From Candidatus Levyibacteriota bacterium (GTDB lineage: Bacteria > Patescibacteriota > Microgenomatia > Levybacterales > UBA12049), in contig JBDRBE010000004.1 of assembly GCA_043823085.1 (NCBI GenBank), positions 5,510-69,509 on the forward strand: a DNA stretch of 64,000 nt, given 5' to 3'. Position 1 is the first letter of the stretch, and the number at the start of each line of letters is the position of its first letter. Under the pieces are notes generated by a model, which made no database searches, was not told the origin of the DNA, and saw only the letters and a list, made by a program, of their open reading frames with translations. Below, one piece after another: positions 54,478 to 64,000 of the stretch. Position numbers and translations under genes: made by a program.

Positions 54478-55605
54478 ATGAGAATTCTTATTTTAAATTG
54501 GAGAGATATAAAAAATCCCTCTTCAGGAGGAGCAGAAATACTTACCCATGAAATAGCAAAATATTTAGCGCAGAAAGGCAACGACGTGGTTTTATTCTCC
54601 AGTAGATTTGAAAGATCAAAATCGAATGAAATTTTAGACGGTGTAAAAATAATTCGTAAAGGTCATACGATTGTTCGATATCTCACACGCTCTGTTCATT
54701 TTTTGGCGTTTCAGGAATATAAAAAATACTTTAAAGGGAATATAGATTTAATTATAGACGAGGTGCATGGATTTCCTTTTTTTACTCCCCTATATGCGAA
54801 AGAAAAAAAAATTGCGTTGGTTTGTGAAGTGGCGGGTAATCTTTGGTTTAAGCTTTTTGGTCCATTTTTAGGTTTGGCAGGATGGCTGGTTGAAAAATTG
54901 TACTTGCGTATAATTTACAGAAATACTCAGTTTATTACAATTTCCGAATCTGCAAAAGAAAGTTTAATAAGAAATGGAGTAAATAAAAAAAACATAAAAG
55001 TAATTCCGATTGGTTTTTCATTTCCAAAACAAACGATTAAAGCATCAAAAGAAAAAGAACCAACTCTAATTTTTTTAGGAAGAGTAGCAAAATCAAAGGG
55101 CGTTGAAGATGCGATTTTAGTTTTAGAGAAATTAAAACATTTTTCCAAAATTAAGTTATGGGTGGTTGGTAAAGGAGATAGCGATTACGTAGAAAGTCTA
55201 AAGAAATTAATAAAAGATTTTGGTTTGAAAGATAAGGTTACATTGTATGGTTCTGTTTCCGATTATAAAAAATTTGAATTGCTTTCCCGAGCATGGATTT
55301 TAATTCATCCTTCTAAAACAGAAGGATGGGGAATTAATGTAATTGAGGCAAATGCGGTTGGAACTCCAGCTGTAGGCTATAACGTGCCTGGGCTAAAAGA
55401 TTCGATTCAAAATAATAAGACAGGTTTGTTGACCGATAAAAATTCAATAGATAGCCTTGTAAATAAAACTGCTCTTTTACTTAACGACAAGGAAATGTAT
55501 GGAAGATTTTCCAGGGAGGTTATTGTTTGGTCTAAGCGATTTGAGTGGCAAAACGCAGGAGAGAAAACGTGGAGTATAATTAAAGAACTTTATGGAAAAA
55601 AATAG
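54478..55605 (+). CDS. GT4 glycosyltransferase
   Basis: MRILILNWRD..NP..GGAE, LGR...KG, EGWGINVIEANAVGTP. Start moved to ATG 54478. Confidence 0.9.
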   Translation: MRILILNWRDIKNPSSGGAEILTHEIAKYLAQKGNDVVLFSSRFERSKSNEILDGVKIIRKGHTIVRYLTRSVHFLAFQEYKKYFKGNIDLIIDEVHGFPFFTPLYAKEKKIALVCEVAGNLWFKLFGPFLGLAGWLVEKLYLRIIYRNTQFITISESAKESLIRNGVNKKNIKVIPIGFSFPKQTIKASKEKEPTLIFLGRVAKSKGVEDAILVLEKLKHFSKIKLWVVGKGDSDYVESLKKLIKDFGLKDKVTLYGSVSDYKKFELLSRAWILIHPSKTEGWGINVIEANAVGTPAVGYNVPGLKDSIQNNKTGLLTDKNSIDSLVNKTALLLNDKEMYGRFSREVIVWSKRFEWQNAGEKTWSIIKELYGKK

Positions 55606-56434
55606 AAATAAAGAAAAAGCTCCTTTAGTATCAGTCGCCCTTGCGACATATAATAGTGTTCGGACAATAGAAAAATGTTTGCAGTCTATAAAAGCTCAAA
55701 CTTATCCCAATATTGAAATTATTGTGGTTGATAGTCCTTATTACGATAAGGAGGTGCAAAAAAAATGTGAGGAGATTATAAAAAAATATGGACGGCTTTT
55801 TAAAGATGGACCCGAAAGAAGTATCCAAAGAAATAGAGGGATAAAAGAAGCAAAGGGAGAATACATTTTGATTATTGATCAGGATATGTATCTAACGCCG
55901 AAAGTTGTCTGGGAGTGTTTAGAGACTTTAAGAAAAGGATGTTATATGGCTTTAACAATACCCGAAATTTCTATCGGAAAAGGATTTTGGACAGAATGTG
56001 TTGCTCTTGAAAGATATGTAAGCACTTTTTTGGAAGAAGGAATGAACGAATGCTGTAGGTTCTTTAGAAAAAAAGATGCACTTGTAATTTCAGGGTATGA
56101 TGAATCAACTGTCGGAGTTGAAGATTCGGATTTTCATTACAGAATGGCTGAAAAAGGTAAAATAGGAAAGATAAAAAATTTTATATATCATGATGAAGGA
56201 GAGACAAAATTTTTCCAGAGAATAAGAAAGAAATTTTATTACAGCCGTGCTTTTAGAGAATATTTAAAAAGAAGACCGCAGATTGCGACTTCCCAATTTT
56301 TTCCAATAAAGAAAGCTTATTTTAAACATTGGAAATTGTTTGCGAAAAAACCTTTGGTGACTCTTGGTGTTATAATCTTAAGAAGTGCTGAGGTAATGGC
56401 AGGGGCTATTGGTTTATTAATAAAAAAAGGATAA
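55592..56434 (+). CDS. GT2 glycosyltransferase
   Basis: PLVSVALATYNS, EIIVVD, ERS.QRN.G, IDQDM, GYDE, EDSD. Confidence 0.88.
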   Translation: MEKNRNKEKAPLVSVALATYNSVRTIEKCLQSIKAQTYPNIEIIVVDSPYYDKEVQKKCEEIIKKYGRLFKDGPERSIQRNRGIKEAKGEYILIIDQDMYLTPKVVWECLETLRKGCYMALTIPEISIGKGFWTECVALERYVSTFLEEGMNECCRFFRKKDALVISGYDESTVGVEDSDFHYRMAEKGKIGKIKNFIYHDEGETKFFQRIRKKFYYSRAFREYLKRRPQIATSQFFPIKKAYFKHWKLFAKKPLVTLGVIILRSAEVMAGAIGLLIKKG

Positions 56435-56436
56435 TT

Positions 56437-57372
56437 ATGCAAGCAGGAAATATAAAAGGAAAAAAAATATTAATAACTGGGATAAATGGTTTTGTGGGAG
56501 GAAATCTTGCAAAAAAACTTAAGAGTCAGGGTGCGGATGTGTATGGAGTGTCAAGGTCGGTTGAAGAAAAAAACAAAATTCTAAAGGCAAACATTTTAGA
56601 TTTTTCTAAAATTAATGAATTTATAAGAAAAACAAAAATAGAAATTTGTTTTCATCTCGCAGGTGAGGCATTGGTGGAAACAGGCCAGATTGATCCTTTT
56701 AACACGTTTAAAGTAAACATTGAAGGCACATTGAATATTTTAGAAAGCGCAAGGAAAAATAATATTGGAAGAGTTATTATATCTTCAACATCGCATGTAT
56801 ATGGGAAAAATAGAGTTCCTTATTTTGAAGGATACACTCCAAGACCTTCAAGGCCCTATGAAACTTCAAAAGCCTGCATGGATTTAATTGCACAATCTTA
56901 TAATGGTAGTTTTAATTTACCGGTGCTTATTCCAAGATTTGTAAATATCTACGGCCCCAAAGATCTAAACTTTAATAGATTAATTCCAAAGACAATAAGA
57001 GCAGTTCTATCAGATGAAGATCCAACAATGTGGGGCGGAAATGTTATAAGAGATTATTTATTTATTGACGACGCCGTGAATGCGTACATTCTTTTAGCCG
57101 GAGTAGATTTAGAAAAAATTGGAGAAAATAAAATTTTTAATTTTGGCGGCGGAAATAATATTTCTGTGGAAGATTTAATAAAAAAAATAATTTCTTTGTC
57201 CGATAAAAAATTAAAAATAAAGAAAATAAGCGAAGAAAGGCCATTAGAAATAAACCAACAGTATGTATCCTTGAATAAGGCATCAAAAATTTTAGGCTGG
57301 AAGAATGCCACTTCTTTGGATGAAGGTTTAAAAAAGACAATCGATTGGTATAGGAGTTACTTTGGGAAATAA
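56437..57372 (+). CDS. NAD-dependent NDP-sugar epimerase/dehydratase (RfbG/GMD-like SDR)
   Basis: ITGINGFVG, HLAG, YETSK, NIYGP.D, RDYLFIDD. Confidence 0.85.
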   Translation: MQAGNIKGKKILITGINGFVGGNLAKKLKSQGADVYGVSRSVEEKNKILKANILDFSKINEFIRKTKIEICFHLAGEALVETGQIDPFNTFKVNIEGTLNILESARKNNIGRVIISSTSHVYGKNRVPYFEGYTPRPSRPYETSKACMDLIAQSYNGSFNLPVLIPRFVNIYGPKDLNFNRLIPKTIRAVLSDEDPTMWGGNVIRDYLFIDDAVNAYILLAGVDLEKIGENKIFNFGGGNNISVEDLIKKIISLSDKKLKIKKISEERPLEINQQYVSLNKASKILGWKNATSLDEGLKKTIDWYRSYFGK

Positions 57373-58425
57373 ATGGAGATCAAAAAATTGAAAATACCAC
57401 TAGTATCAGTAATTATCGTTAATTGGAATGGAAGAAAGTTTATAGGGCAATGTTTAGATTCCTTGTCGAAAATCGACTATGAAAATATCGAGGTGTTATT
57501 TGTTGACAATGCTTCCACAGACAACTCGGTTTTATTTATCAAAGAGAAGTATCCAAAAGTACGAATATTCGTAAACAAAGAAAATTTAGGTTTAGGCGGA
57601 GGACACGAAGTAGCGCTAAAAAATGTTAAAGGAGAAGCAGTTCTTCTGCTAAACAGCGATACAATTATTCAAAAATCTCTTTTAAAAAATTTAGTAAAAA
57701 GTCTTTATTCGGATAAAAAAATAGGGGGCGTCCAGCCTAAACTTGTAATTTATCCTCAAGTAAACCAGATAGATTCAATTGGCTGTTTTTTCCTGCCGAC
57801 AGGAAATCTTTATCATTATGGTCGGGAAAAAGATCCGTCTTTGAAGCAGTATAACCTGCGAATGGAAATTTTTTCTACAAAAGGCGCATGTATGCTTATA
57901 AAAAAAGAAGTATTGGATAAAACCGGACTTTTTGACGAAGATTTTTTTGCCTATTATGAAGATACGGATTTTTGCATGAGAATATGGCTTGCCGGTTACA
58001 AAGTAATTTATGAACCAATAGAGACAGTTTTTCACAGAGGAGGAGCTACGTCAGAAAAGATAATGCAATCTAATATTTTATTCCATTCATATAAAAATAT
58101 AATATTCACATATATAAAAAATTTTTCACCCAAATATCTTCTAAAAATTTTACCGATTACAATACTTTTATATCAAGTAGTATTTTTCGGCTATCTGTTA
58201 ACTGGAAAATTTTCTTCGGCGATTGCTGTACAAAAGAGTATACTTTGGAATCTTGTTAACCTACAGTTAATTCTAAAAAAAAGAGAATATGTGCAAAAGA
58301 ATATTAGGAAAATAAGCGATGATGAATATATCCCAAAATTAACAAAAAAGGTTCATCTCATTTATTATTGGTATCAGTTTTTTGGAGGAATGGGAAACTA
58401 TAGAGATGAGCCTGTTATAAAATGA
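57373..58425 (+). CDS. GT2 glycosyltransferase (WbbL-like)
   Basis: VSVIIVNWNG, VDNASTD, LLNSD, GACML, FFAYYEDTDFC.R. Confidence 0.9.
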   Translation: MEIKKLKIPLVSVIIVNWNGRKFIGQCLDSLSKIDYENIEVLFVDNASTDNSVLFIKEKYPKVRIFVNKENLGLGGGHEVALKNVKGEAVLLLNSDTIIQKSLLKNLVKSLYSDKKIGGVQPKLVIYPQVNQIDSIGCFFLPTGNLYHYGREKDPSLKQYNLRMEIFSTKGACMLIKKEVLDKTGLFDEDFFAYYEDTDFCMRIWLAGYKVIYEPIETVFHRGGATSEKIMQSNILFHSYKNIIFTYIKNFSPKYLLKILPITILLYQVVFFGYLLTGKFSSAIAVQKSILWNLVNLQLILKKREYVQKNIRKISDDEYIPKLTKKVHLIYYWYQFFGGMGNYRDEPVIK

Positions 58426-59300
58426 AAAAGATAAAAACATTGTTGCTATGCACAGGCATTTTTTTTATAGCGATTTTTTTAACATTTGCCTACGGTTTTT
58501 ATACAAAGAAAAGTTCATTATCACTACTAAAGTCTAACTATTCAAAACAATCAATTGTTAATTTTCCCCGAGGGGAGCTTTTATCAGGGAGTAAAGCGAG
58601 CGGTGAGTTTCAAGCAAAAGAAAACAATCTTGGGATTATTGAGATTCGTTTTAATACCTATGGCAGAATTAATACTGACTCTATTATTTTTCGGTTGAAA
58701 GAAAAAGAAAGTGATATATGGTATTACGAACAAGTATATAACGCAAAAGAATTTGGTGGTTATCCGCTTTTTCCTTTTGGCTTTCCTATTATAAATAATT
58801 CTAAAGGTAAAGAATATTCTTTTGAGTTAGAATCTCTTAACGGAAAGCCAGGGAATGCAATAGGGATTAGTCAGGATGAACCAGTATTTATATCAGAGTA
58901 TAAATTTAGCAAGAAGGAACTGTTAGCTGATAAAAAAGCTCTTTTCTTTTTTCTGTTCAAAAAAAGCGGTGAGCTTACACAAGATTTTTATATATTGCGT
59001 TTTTCTTTATTAATTTTTCTTGTTCTTATTTCTCCGCTCCTATTATTTAAGCTATTTTCCAAAGCAAATATTTTAAAGCATGTTAAAAAACTACAAATGA
59101 GATCAAAAAAGGAAGTCCGTTTATTCAAAGAATACTCCCCTTTTAAAAATGTTTTTATAAGATTTATTTCAAAAGCAATTATTGTTGTTTTTGAGATATT
59201 TTCAAACATGCGTGGAGCAATACTAAGAATAGTTAAGCTCGCATATAGATTAATAATGAAAATTTTATTTTATTTTTTTAATTGGTTAGAAGAGGAATAA
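58422..59300 (+). CDS. Hypothetical membrane protein with an extracytoplasmic beta-rich domain
   Basis: N-terminal TM, FQAKENNLG..PFGFPII.NSKGK.Y domain, second TM, basic amphipathic tail. Confidence 0.7.
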   Translation: MKKIKTLLLCTGIFFIAIFLTFAYGFYTKKSSLSLLKSNYSKQSIVNFPRGELLSGSKASGEFQAKENNLGIIEIRFNTYGRINTDSIIFRLKEKESDIWYYEQVYNAKEFGGYPLFPFGFPIINNSKGKEYSFELESLNGKPGNAIGISQDEPVFISEYKFSKKELLADKKALFFFLFKKSGELTQDFYILRFSLLIFLVLISPLLLFKLFSKANILKHVKKLQMRSKKEVRLFKEYSPFKNVFIRFISKAIIVVFEIFSNMRGAILRIVKLAYRLIMKILFYFFNWLEEE

Positions 59301-59324
59301 TACCATAGCGTATAATTGCAATAG

Positions 59325-60473
59325 ATGATTAATTTTATTAAATCAACATTTCTTCTTGTTGGTCACTACGCAACCTTTGCTGAAGAGGATATGCTTTTTG
59401 ACTATCTTAGTGAAAATAGGGTAAAAACAATCACAAGAATAAATTTTCCACTTCCCGAGTTGCCATACATGGAGAGAATAAAAATTACTATCAACGAGCA
59501 AGGAATAGTTAAAGAATCAAAGAGTATATCATCATTTGTACGCCCTATATGGCTTGCCTATATTTTACAATCGTTTCAATTGCTTTTTTTGATTTTTAGA
59601 TCAAGACGAACATACGATATTCTTATTGCGCAAGATTCTCTGCTTGCTTTTTTGGGAATTATCTTTAGGACTTTTGGAAAGTGCAAAAAAGTCATCTTTT
59701 TTTCCCACGGAATAGACAAACAGAGATTTAGAAATCCTGTTATGAATGGCTTTTATCGTTTGCTTGATTCGTTTTCTGCCAAAGCAAGTGACTTTAATTG
59801 GTTTATGAGCAAAAATATGATTCCAGTTCGCCGGAAACAAGGGATAAAGGATGAGAAGATGTTTTGGATACCGTCTACGGTGCCAATTAAGTCAATAACG
59901 AGAAAAAAGATAGGTAAACCAAACACCATTGTTTTTTTAGGTACGATTGATGAAAAAAATGGAGCTCAGCTTTTGCCAGACATTGTTGCCCAAGTTAAGC
60001 AAAACATTCCAGAAGTGACTTTTGATGTCATGGGAAATGGCCCTCTTTTTAAAAAAGTTTCACAAGAGATAAAAAAACTGCATCTTGAGAGGAAGATCAG
60101 TTTACTTGGACATCTGCCTTTGGAAAAATTTTCGACCAAACTTACCGATTACGCTGTAGGTATTGCACCCTATGCATATTCAGAAAAAAGTCTAACGCCG
60201 CTTTCCGATTCGTTAAAAATGAGGCTTTATTTAGCAGCAGGATTACCCGTAGTTATTACAAAAGGCTATTGGTTTTCAGATGAGATTGAAGAAAACAGAT
60301 TAGGTTTTGCAGTTAATCAAACTGTTGATGATTTTGCAAGAGCGATTATTAAATTGCTTAACGACAATGAATTAAATCAAGAAATTAGAGGCCGTGCTCT
60401 TTCGTATTCAAAAAAGCTTGATCTAACAGGATTTTATAATAGAGCATTTAAAATTGTTCTTCGCACTCTATAA
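59325..60473 (+). CDS. GT4-like glycosyltransferase
   Basis: VFLG..KNG, MGNGP, K...YLAAGLPVV; GT-B-type C-terminal domain. Confidence 0.8.
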   Translation: MINFIKSTFLLVGHYATFAEEDMLFDYLSENRVKTITRINFPLPELPYMERIKITINEQGIVKESKSISSFVRPIWLAYILQSFQLLFLIFRSRRTYDILIAQDSLLAFLGIIFRTFGKCKKVIFFSHGIDKQRFRNPVMNGFYRLLDSFSAKASDFNWFMSKNMIPVRRKQGIKDEKMFWIPSTVPIKSITRKKIGKPNTIVFLGTIDEKNGAQLLPDIVAQVKQNIPEVTFDVMGNGPLFKKVSQEIKKLHLERKISLLGHLPLEKFSTKLTDYAVGIAPYAYSEKSLTPLSDSLKMRLYLAAGLPVVITKGYWFSDEIEENRLGFAVNQTVDDFARAIIKLLNDNELNQEIRGRALSYSKKLDLTGFYNRAFKIVLRTL

Positions 60474-60555
60474 ATATTTTTGATTATCTATTCTTGCTAA
60501 ATTTTTAAAAAAGAGATATCATCTTAAAATAAAAGATAACAAATTAAGGATTTTT

Positions 60556-61737
60556 ATGATTAAACTTGTTAAATCGACGTTTTATAAGGAAAATGAGGTA
60601 AAAAAGAAACTCTGTAAATTTATAATGTCGGCAAAACAGCTTAGTATTGGCAACGAGTGTAGAAAATTCGAAAAAAGATTCGCCAAATGGCAAGGAAGGA
60701 AATACGCGGTTATGGTTAACAGCGGAAGTTCTGCAAATCTTGCTCTCATTCAAGCGCTTCTTAATTTAGGAAAGATTAAAAGAGGTGACAATGTTGGATT
60801 TTCAGCCATGACATGGTCCACAAACGTCATGCCGATTATAGAATTAGGGCTGAATGCAGTTCCGATCGATGTTGAATTAAACACCTTAAATGTTTCAAGT
60901 AAAAAACTTCTTGATGTCATTAAAACCTATTCATTAAAAGCCCTTTTTATTACAAATTTACTTGGTTTTTGCGATGACATAGATAAGATAAAAAGAATTT
61001 GTGATCAGAAAAAAATTATTCTTATCGAAGACACCTGTGAGTCTTTAGGAACCGTTTATAAAGGAAAAAAATTAGGAAATTTTGGGTTTGCAAGTACTTT
61101 TTCTTTTTACGTTGGTCATCATATGTCAACAATTGAAGGAGGTGCTGTATGTACTGACAATAATGAGTTTTATACTATGCTGCAGTTTGTAAGAGCGCAT
61201 GGTTGGGACAGGAATTTGACAGAAAAAAAACAGCTAAAAATCAGAGATAAGTTTAAGATAAATTCTACATTTTATTCCAGATATACTTTTTATGACCTTG
61301 GTTATAATCTAAGAACTACCGAAATTAATGGTTTCATCGGAAATAGTCAGATTGAATATTTGAATGAAATAATTGAAAAAAGAAAAAATAATTTCTTTAA
61401 AATGGCAATGCCTATATATAGGCAAAAAGATAAATATTTTCCTATAAAATTTGATCATATAGATTTTCTTTCCAATTTTGCAGTTCCTGTTCTTTGTAAA
61501 AGTCAGGAAATTAGGGATGAATTGATAAAAAAATGTGATAAAAAAGTAGAAATTAGACCGGTAGTTGGGGGCGACATGATGCTTCAGCCATTTTTTGGTA
61601 AGTATATGTCTCAATTTCTGAATACTTTTCATAATTCTAATTCAAAACTTATTCATCAGAACGGTTTATATTTTGGCAATAACCCGGAATTAACAGAGAA
61701 AGAAATGAATGAGATTATTGCGATATTTACAAAATGA
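60556..61737 (+). CDS. DegT/DnrJ-fold PLP enzyme, ColD/E1-type NDP-4-keto-6-deoxyhexose 3-dehydrase
   Basis: VNSGSSANL, EDTCESLG, SFYVGHHMSTIEGG (His at the Schiff-base Lys position), RAHGW, GYNLR. Confidence 0.82.
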   Translation: MIKLVKSTFYKENEVKKKLCKFIMSAKQLSIGNECRKFEKRFAKWQGRKYAVMVNSGSSANLALIQALLNLGKIKRGDNVGFSAMTWSTNVMPIIELGLNAVPIDVELNTLNVSSKKLLDVIKTYSLKALFITNLLGFCDDIDKIKRICDQKKIILIEDTCESLGTVYKGKKLGNFGFASTFSFYVGHHMSTIEGGAVCTDNNEFYTMLQFVRAHGWDRNLTEKKQLKIRDKFKINSTFYSRYTFYDLGYNLRTTEINGFIGNSQIEYLNEIIEKRKNNFFKMAMPIYRQKDKYFPIKFDHIDFLSNFAVPVLCKSQEIRDELIKKCDKKVEIRPVVGGDMMLQPFFGKYMSQFLNTFHNSNSKLIHQNGLYFGNNPELTEKEMNEIIAIFTK

Positions 61738-62738
61738 TGAATTCTTTTTGGACAGGAAAAAAAGTTTTAATAACAGGCGGTGCCGGATTTATCGGCAGCC
61801 ATGTTGTTGAAAAATTAATCGCAAGAGGAGCAAAAGTATCTATATTTGATAATCTAAGGCCGGGCAATATGCAAAACTTAGTAAACGTTAAGAAACAATA
61901 TCAATTTATAGAAGGTGACTGTCGAAATGAGAATAGCATATTTACTGCATGCAAAGGGAAGGATGTTGTATTTAATTTGGCAGCAAAAGTTGCGGGAGTT
62001 GATTACAACAAAAAACATAAAGGTACGATGCTGTCCCAAAATCTTTTAATATCAGCATCAGTAACTAAGGCAGCTGCGGAAGCTGGAATCGAAAGATTTC
62101 TTGTTGTATCATCGGCCTGTGTTTATCCTGATAATTGTTCGGTACCAACTCCCGAAGATGAGGGTGTAGTTGGAGATCCGGAATCTGCAAATTCCGGATA
62201 TGGATGGGCAAAACGCATGAGTGAGATATTGGGGAAGTACTATCAGGAAGAATTTGGAATAAAAGTGGCAATTGTCAGGCCATATAATTGCTATGGTCCT
62301 CGTGATCATTTCTTGCCTATTCCAACTCATGTTGTTCCATCTTTGATAAAAAGAGTTGTTGACGGAGAAAATCCGATAACAGTGTGGGGCAGCGGAAATC
62401 AAACAAGAGCATTTCTACATGTCGAAGATTTAAGTGAGGGAATGATTTTGGCGGTTGAAAAATATGCAGTCTGCGACCCTGTTAATTTAGGAACAGATGA
62501 AGAAGTAACGATGAAAGAGCTTGTGGAAAAAATAATTAAAATAAATGGTCGGGATGTTCCTGTTGTTTTTGATACATCAAAACCGGATGGTAGTCCAAGA
62601 AGAAATAGCGATAATAAAAAAGCATTTAAAAAACTTGGGTTCAAAGCAAAAATTTCTCTTGAAGAAGGACTGAAAGAGACAATTCAGTGGTATAAAAAAC
62701 AAAACATGCGCAAGCTATCTAGACAGCAAGATATATAA
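61734..62738 (+). CDS. NAD-dependent NDP-sugar epimerase/reductase (GDP-mannose 3,5-epimerase or GDP-fucose synthase-like)
   Basis: TGGAGFIGS, NLAAKVAG, SSACVYP, YGWAK, N.YGP, WGSG.QTR.F, KPDG..RR. Confidence 0.85.
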   Translation: MMNSFWTGKKVLITGGAGFIGSHVVEKLIARGAKVSIFDNLRPGNMQNLVNVKKQYQFIEGDCRNENSIFTACKGKDVVFNLAAKVAGVDYNKKHKGTMLSQNLLISASVTKAAAEAGIERFLVVSSACVYPDNCSVPTPEDEGVVGDPESANSGYGWAKRMSEILGKYYQEEFGIKVAIVRPYNCYGPRDHFLPIPTHVVPSLIKRVVDGENPITVWGSGNQTRAFLHVEDLSEGMILAVEKYAVCDPVNLGTDEEVTMKELVEKIIKINGRDVPVVFDTSKPDGSPRRNSDNKKAFKKLGFKAKISLEEGLKETIQWYKKQNMRKLSRQQDI

Positions 62739-62745
62739 TTATCAT

Positions 62746-63852
62746 ATGGGAAATGCAAACAGTAAATGGATTCCTCTTTTTAAAGTGTATATGGCAAAGG
62801 GTTTAATGAAACCCCTTGCAGATGTGCTTTATTCGGGTTTTGTTACTCAAGGACCAAGAGTCGACGAATTCGAAGAAAAACTGGCAAAATTTTTTAAAAC
62901 CCCTTTTGTTTTAACTGTTAATAGCGGTACATCGGCACTGCATATGGCTCTTGATCTATCAGGTGTTGGGCAGGGAGACGAAGTAATAACAACTCCTATG
63001 ACTTGTACTGCAACCAATTGGCCAATTCTTGCTCACAAGGCAAAAATTGTTTGGGCAGACATCGATTCTCAAACTGGGAATATAGATCCGGAAAGTATTA
63101 AATGCCTCATTACTAAGAAAACAAAAGCAATAATTGCTGTTGACTGGGGAGGTTATCCTTGCGATATAGATAAAATAAAAAAATATGCAGGGAATATACC
63201 TATTATAGAAGATGCTGCTCATGCGTTTGGAGCTATATATAAAAATAAAATGGTTGGTCAGTCAGCCGATTATACTTGTTTTTCTTTCCAGGCAATTAAA
63301 CATCTCACAACTATAGATGGGGGTGCACTTGTAATGAAAAAAAAAGATGATTACACAAAAGGCAATCTGCTTCGCTATTTTGGGATAGATAGAAAGAAAA
63401 GATCAAAAGATTATAGAATAGAAAAAGATATTTGTTGTTGGGGATATAAATTTCATATGAATGATGTTAATGCTACAATCGGCATTGAAAATTTTAAGCA
63501 CGTAGAGGAGATTCTTAAAAAACACAGAGAAAATGCAAAATATTACAAACGTGAATTCCGCAATCATCCTAAAATAAAACTTATGCGTGAAGACGAAGGA
63601 TACTTATCCAGTTACTGGCTTTTTACGATGCGTGTAGATAATCCTGAAAAATTCATGGAGTATATGAAAGCAAGGAATATTATGGCATCGCAAGTTCATC
63701 GTAGAAATGATAATCACCCGGTAACAAGGGTATTTATGCGTCATTTGCCAAATGTTGATAAATTTTCGAAATATATGATTTGCATTCCGGTAGGTTGGTG
63801 GGTAAGTAAAAAAAACAGAGAATATATTATAGAAGCAGTGAAAAACTACTAA
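62746..63852 (+). CDS. DegT/DnrJ/EryC1/StrS NDP-sugar aminotransferase
   Basis: NSGTSAL, EDAAHAFG, SFQAIKHLTTIDGG with the catalytic Lys, GYKFHMND. Confidence 0.9.
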   Translation: MGNANSKWIPLFKVYMAKGLMKPLADVLYSGFVTQGPRVDEFEEKLAKFFKTPFVLTVNSGTSALHMALDLSGVGQGDEVITTPMTCTATNWPILAHKAKIVWADIDSQTGNIDPESIKCLITKKTKAIIAVDWGGYPCDIDKIKKYAGNIPIIEDAAHAFGAIYKNKMVGQSADYTCFSFQAIKHLTTIDGGALVMKKKDDYTKGNLLRYFGIDRKKRSKDYRIEKDICCWGYKFHMNDVNATIGIENFKHVEEILKKHRENAKYYKREFRNHPKIKLMREDEGYLSSYWLFTMRVDNPEKFMEYMKARNIMASQVHRRNDNHPVTRVFMRHLPNVDKFSKYMICIPVGWWVSKKNREYIIEAVKNY

Positions 63853-63908
63853 GGAGTCATTAATGAATCTTTGCATAATTCGTTTCCGTTCTCTCCAAGT
63901 TTAAAAAA

Positions 63909-64000
63909 ATGGTTAATTTAGACATAAAGAAAAAAATATTATTAAGTATTGTATTACTGGCGGTTCTGATTGTAATTTTTAACTTAAGGATAGTTGGTAA
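63909..64000 (+). CDS. N-terminus of a membrane protein (truncated by the window end)
   Basis: ATG 63909 gives MVNLDIKKKILLSIVLLAVLIVIFNLRIVG, open to the window edge. Confidence 0.5.
   Translation, partial: MVNLDIKKKILLSIVLLAVLIVIFNLRIVG

Noticed and set aside
1-64000. CRISPR array, integron, transposase/integrase, diversity-generating retroelement or rRNA
   Set aside because: I saw no regularly spaced repeats with spacers, no attC-like series, and no recombinase, RT or cas ORF.
1-64000. Alternative genetic code (TGA read as Gly or Trp)
   Set aside because: Many full-length genes end in TGA with ATGA/GTGA overlaps, and the ORFs are intact under code 11.

Overview
AT-rich, gene-dense window that looks like a Patescibacteria/CPR (Microgenomates-like) chromosome. 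The taxon is inferred from the DUF5652- and DUF5667-like genes, the lack of obvious Shine-Dalgarno sites and the overlapping genes; TGA is used as a stop. The first 3.2 kb holds the 3' end of lon, a DUF433/PIN toxin-antitoxin pair bracketed by a duplicated lon 3' end, a membrane protein, a GNAT and tRNA-Glu(CTC), whose 3' end is copied in inverted orientation about 700 bp away. From 3264 to the window end is one surface-glycosylation super-cluster of more than 60 kb. By my count it has 19 multi-pass GT-C-like membrane glycosyltransferases (YfhO-like, PMT/ArnT-like, 'PTPS-related' and MptA/B-like), 11 GT2, 4 GT4, 3 flippases, galE and a terminal rare-sugar module (C-methyltransferase, ColD/E1-type dehydrase, two SDRs, aminotransferase). 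The most unusual signal lies below gene level. At least 14 short 7-bp-period tandem arrays with different unit sequences sit inside open coding sequences, often at equivalent positions in paralogs. Two are interrupted by GC-rich palindromic elements of 21 and 45 bp (multiples of 3), and related hairpin elements appear nested in each other. All family assignments come from motifs read by eye; no database search was run.
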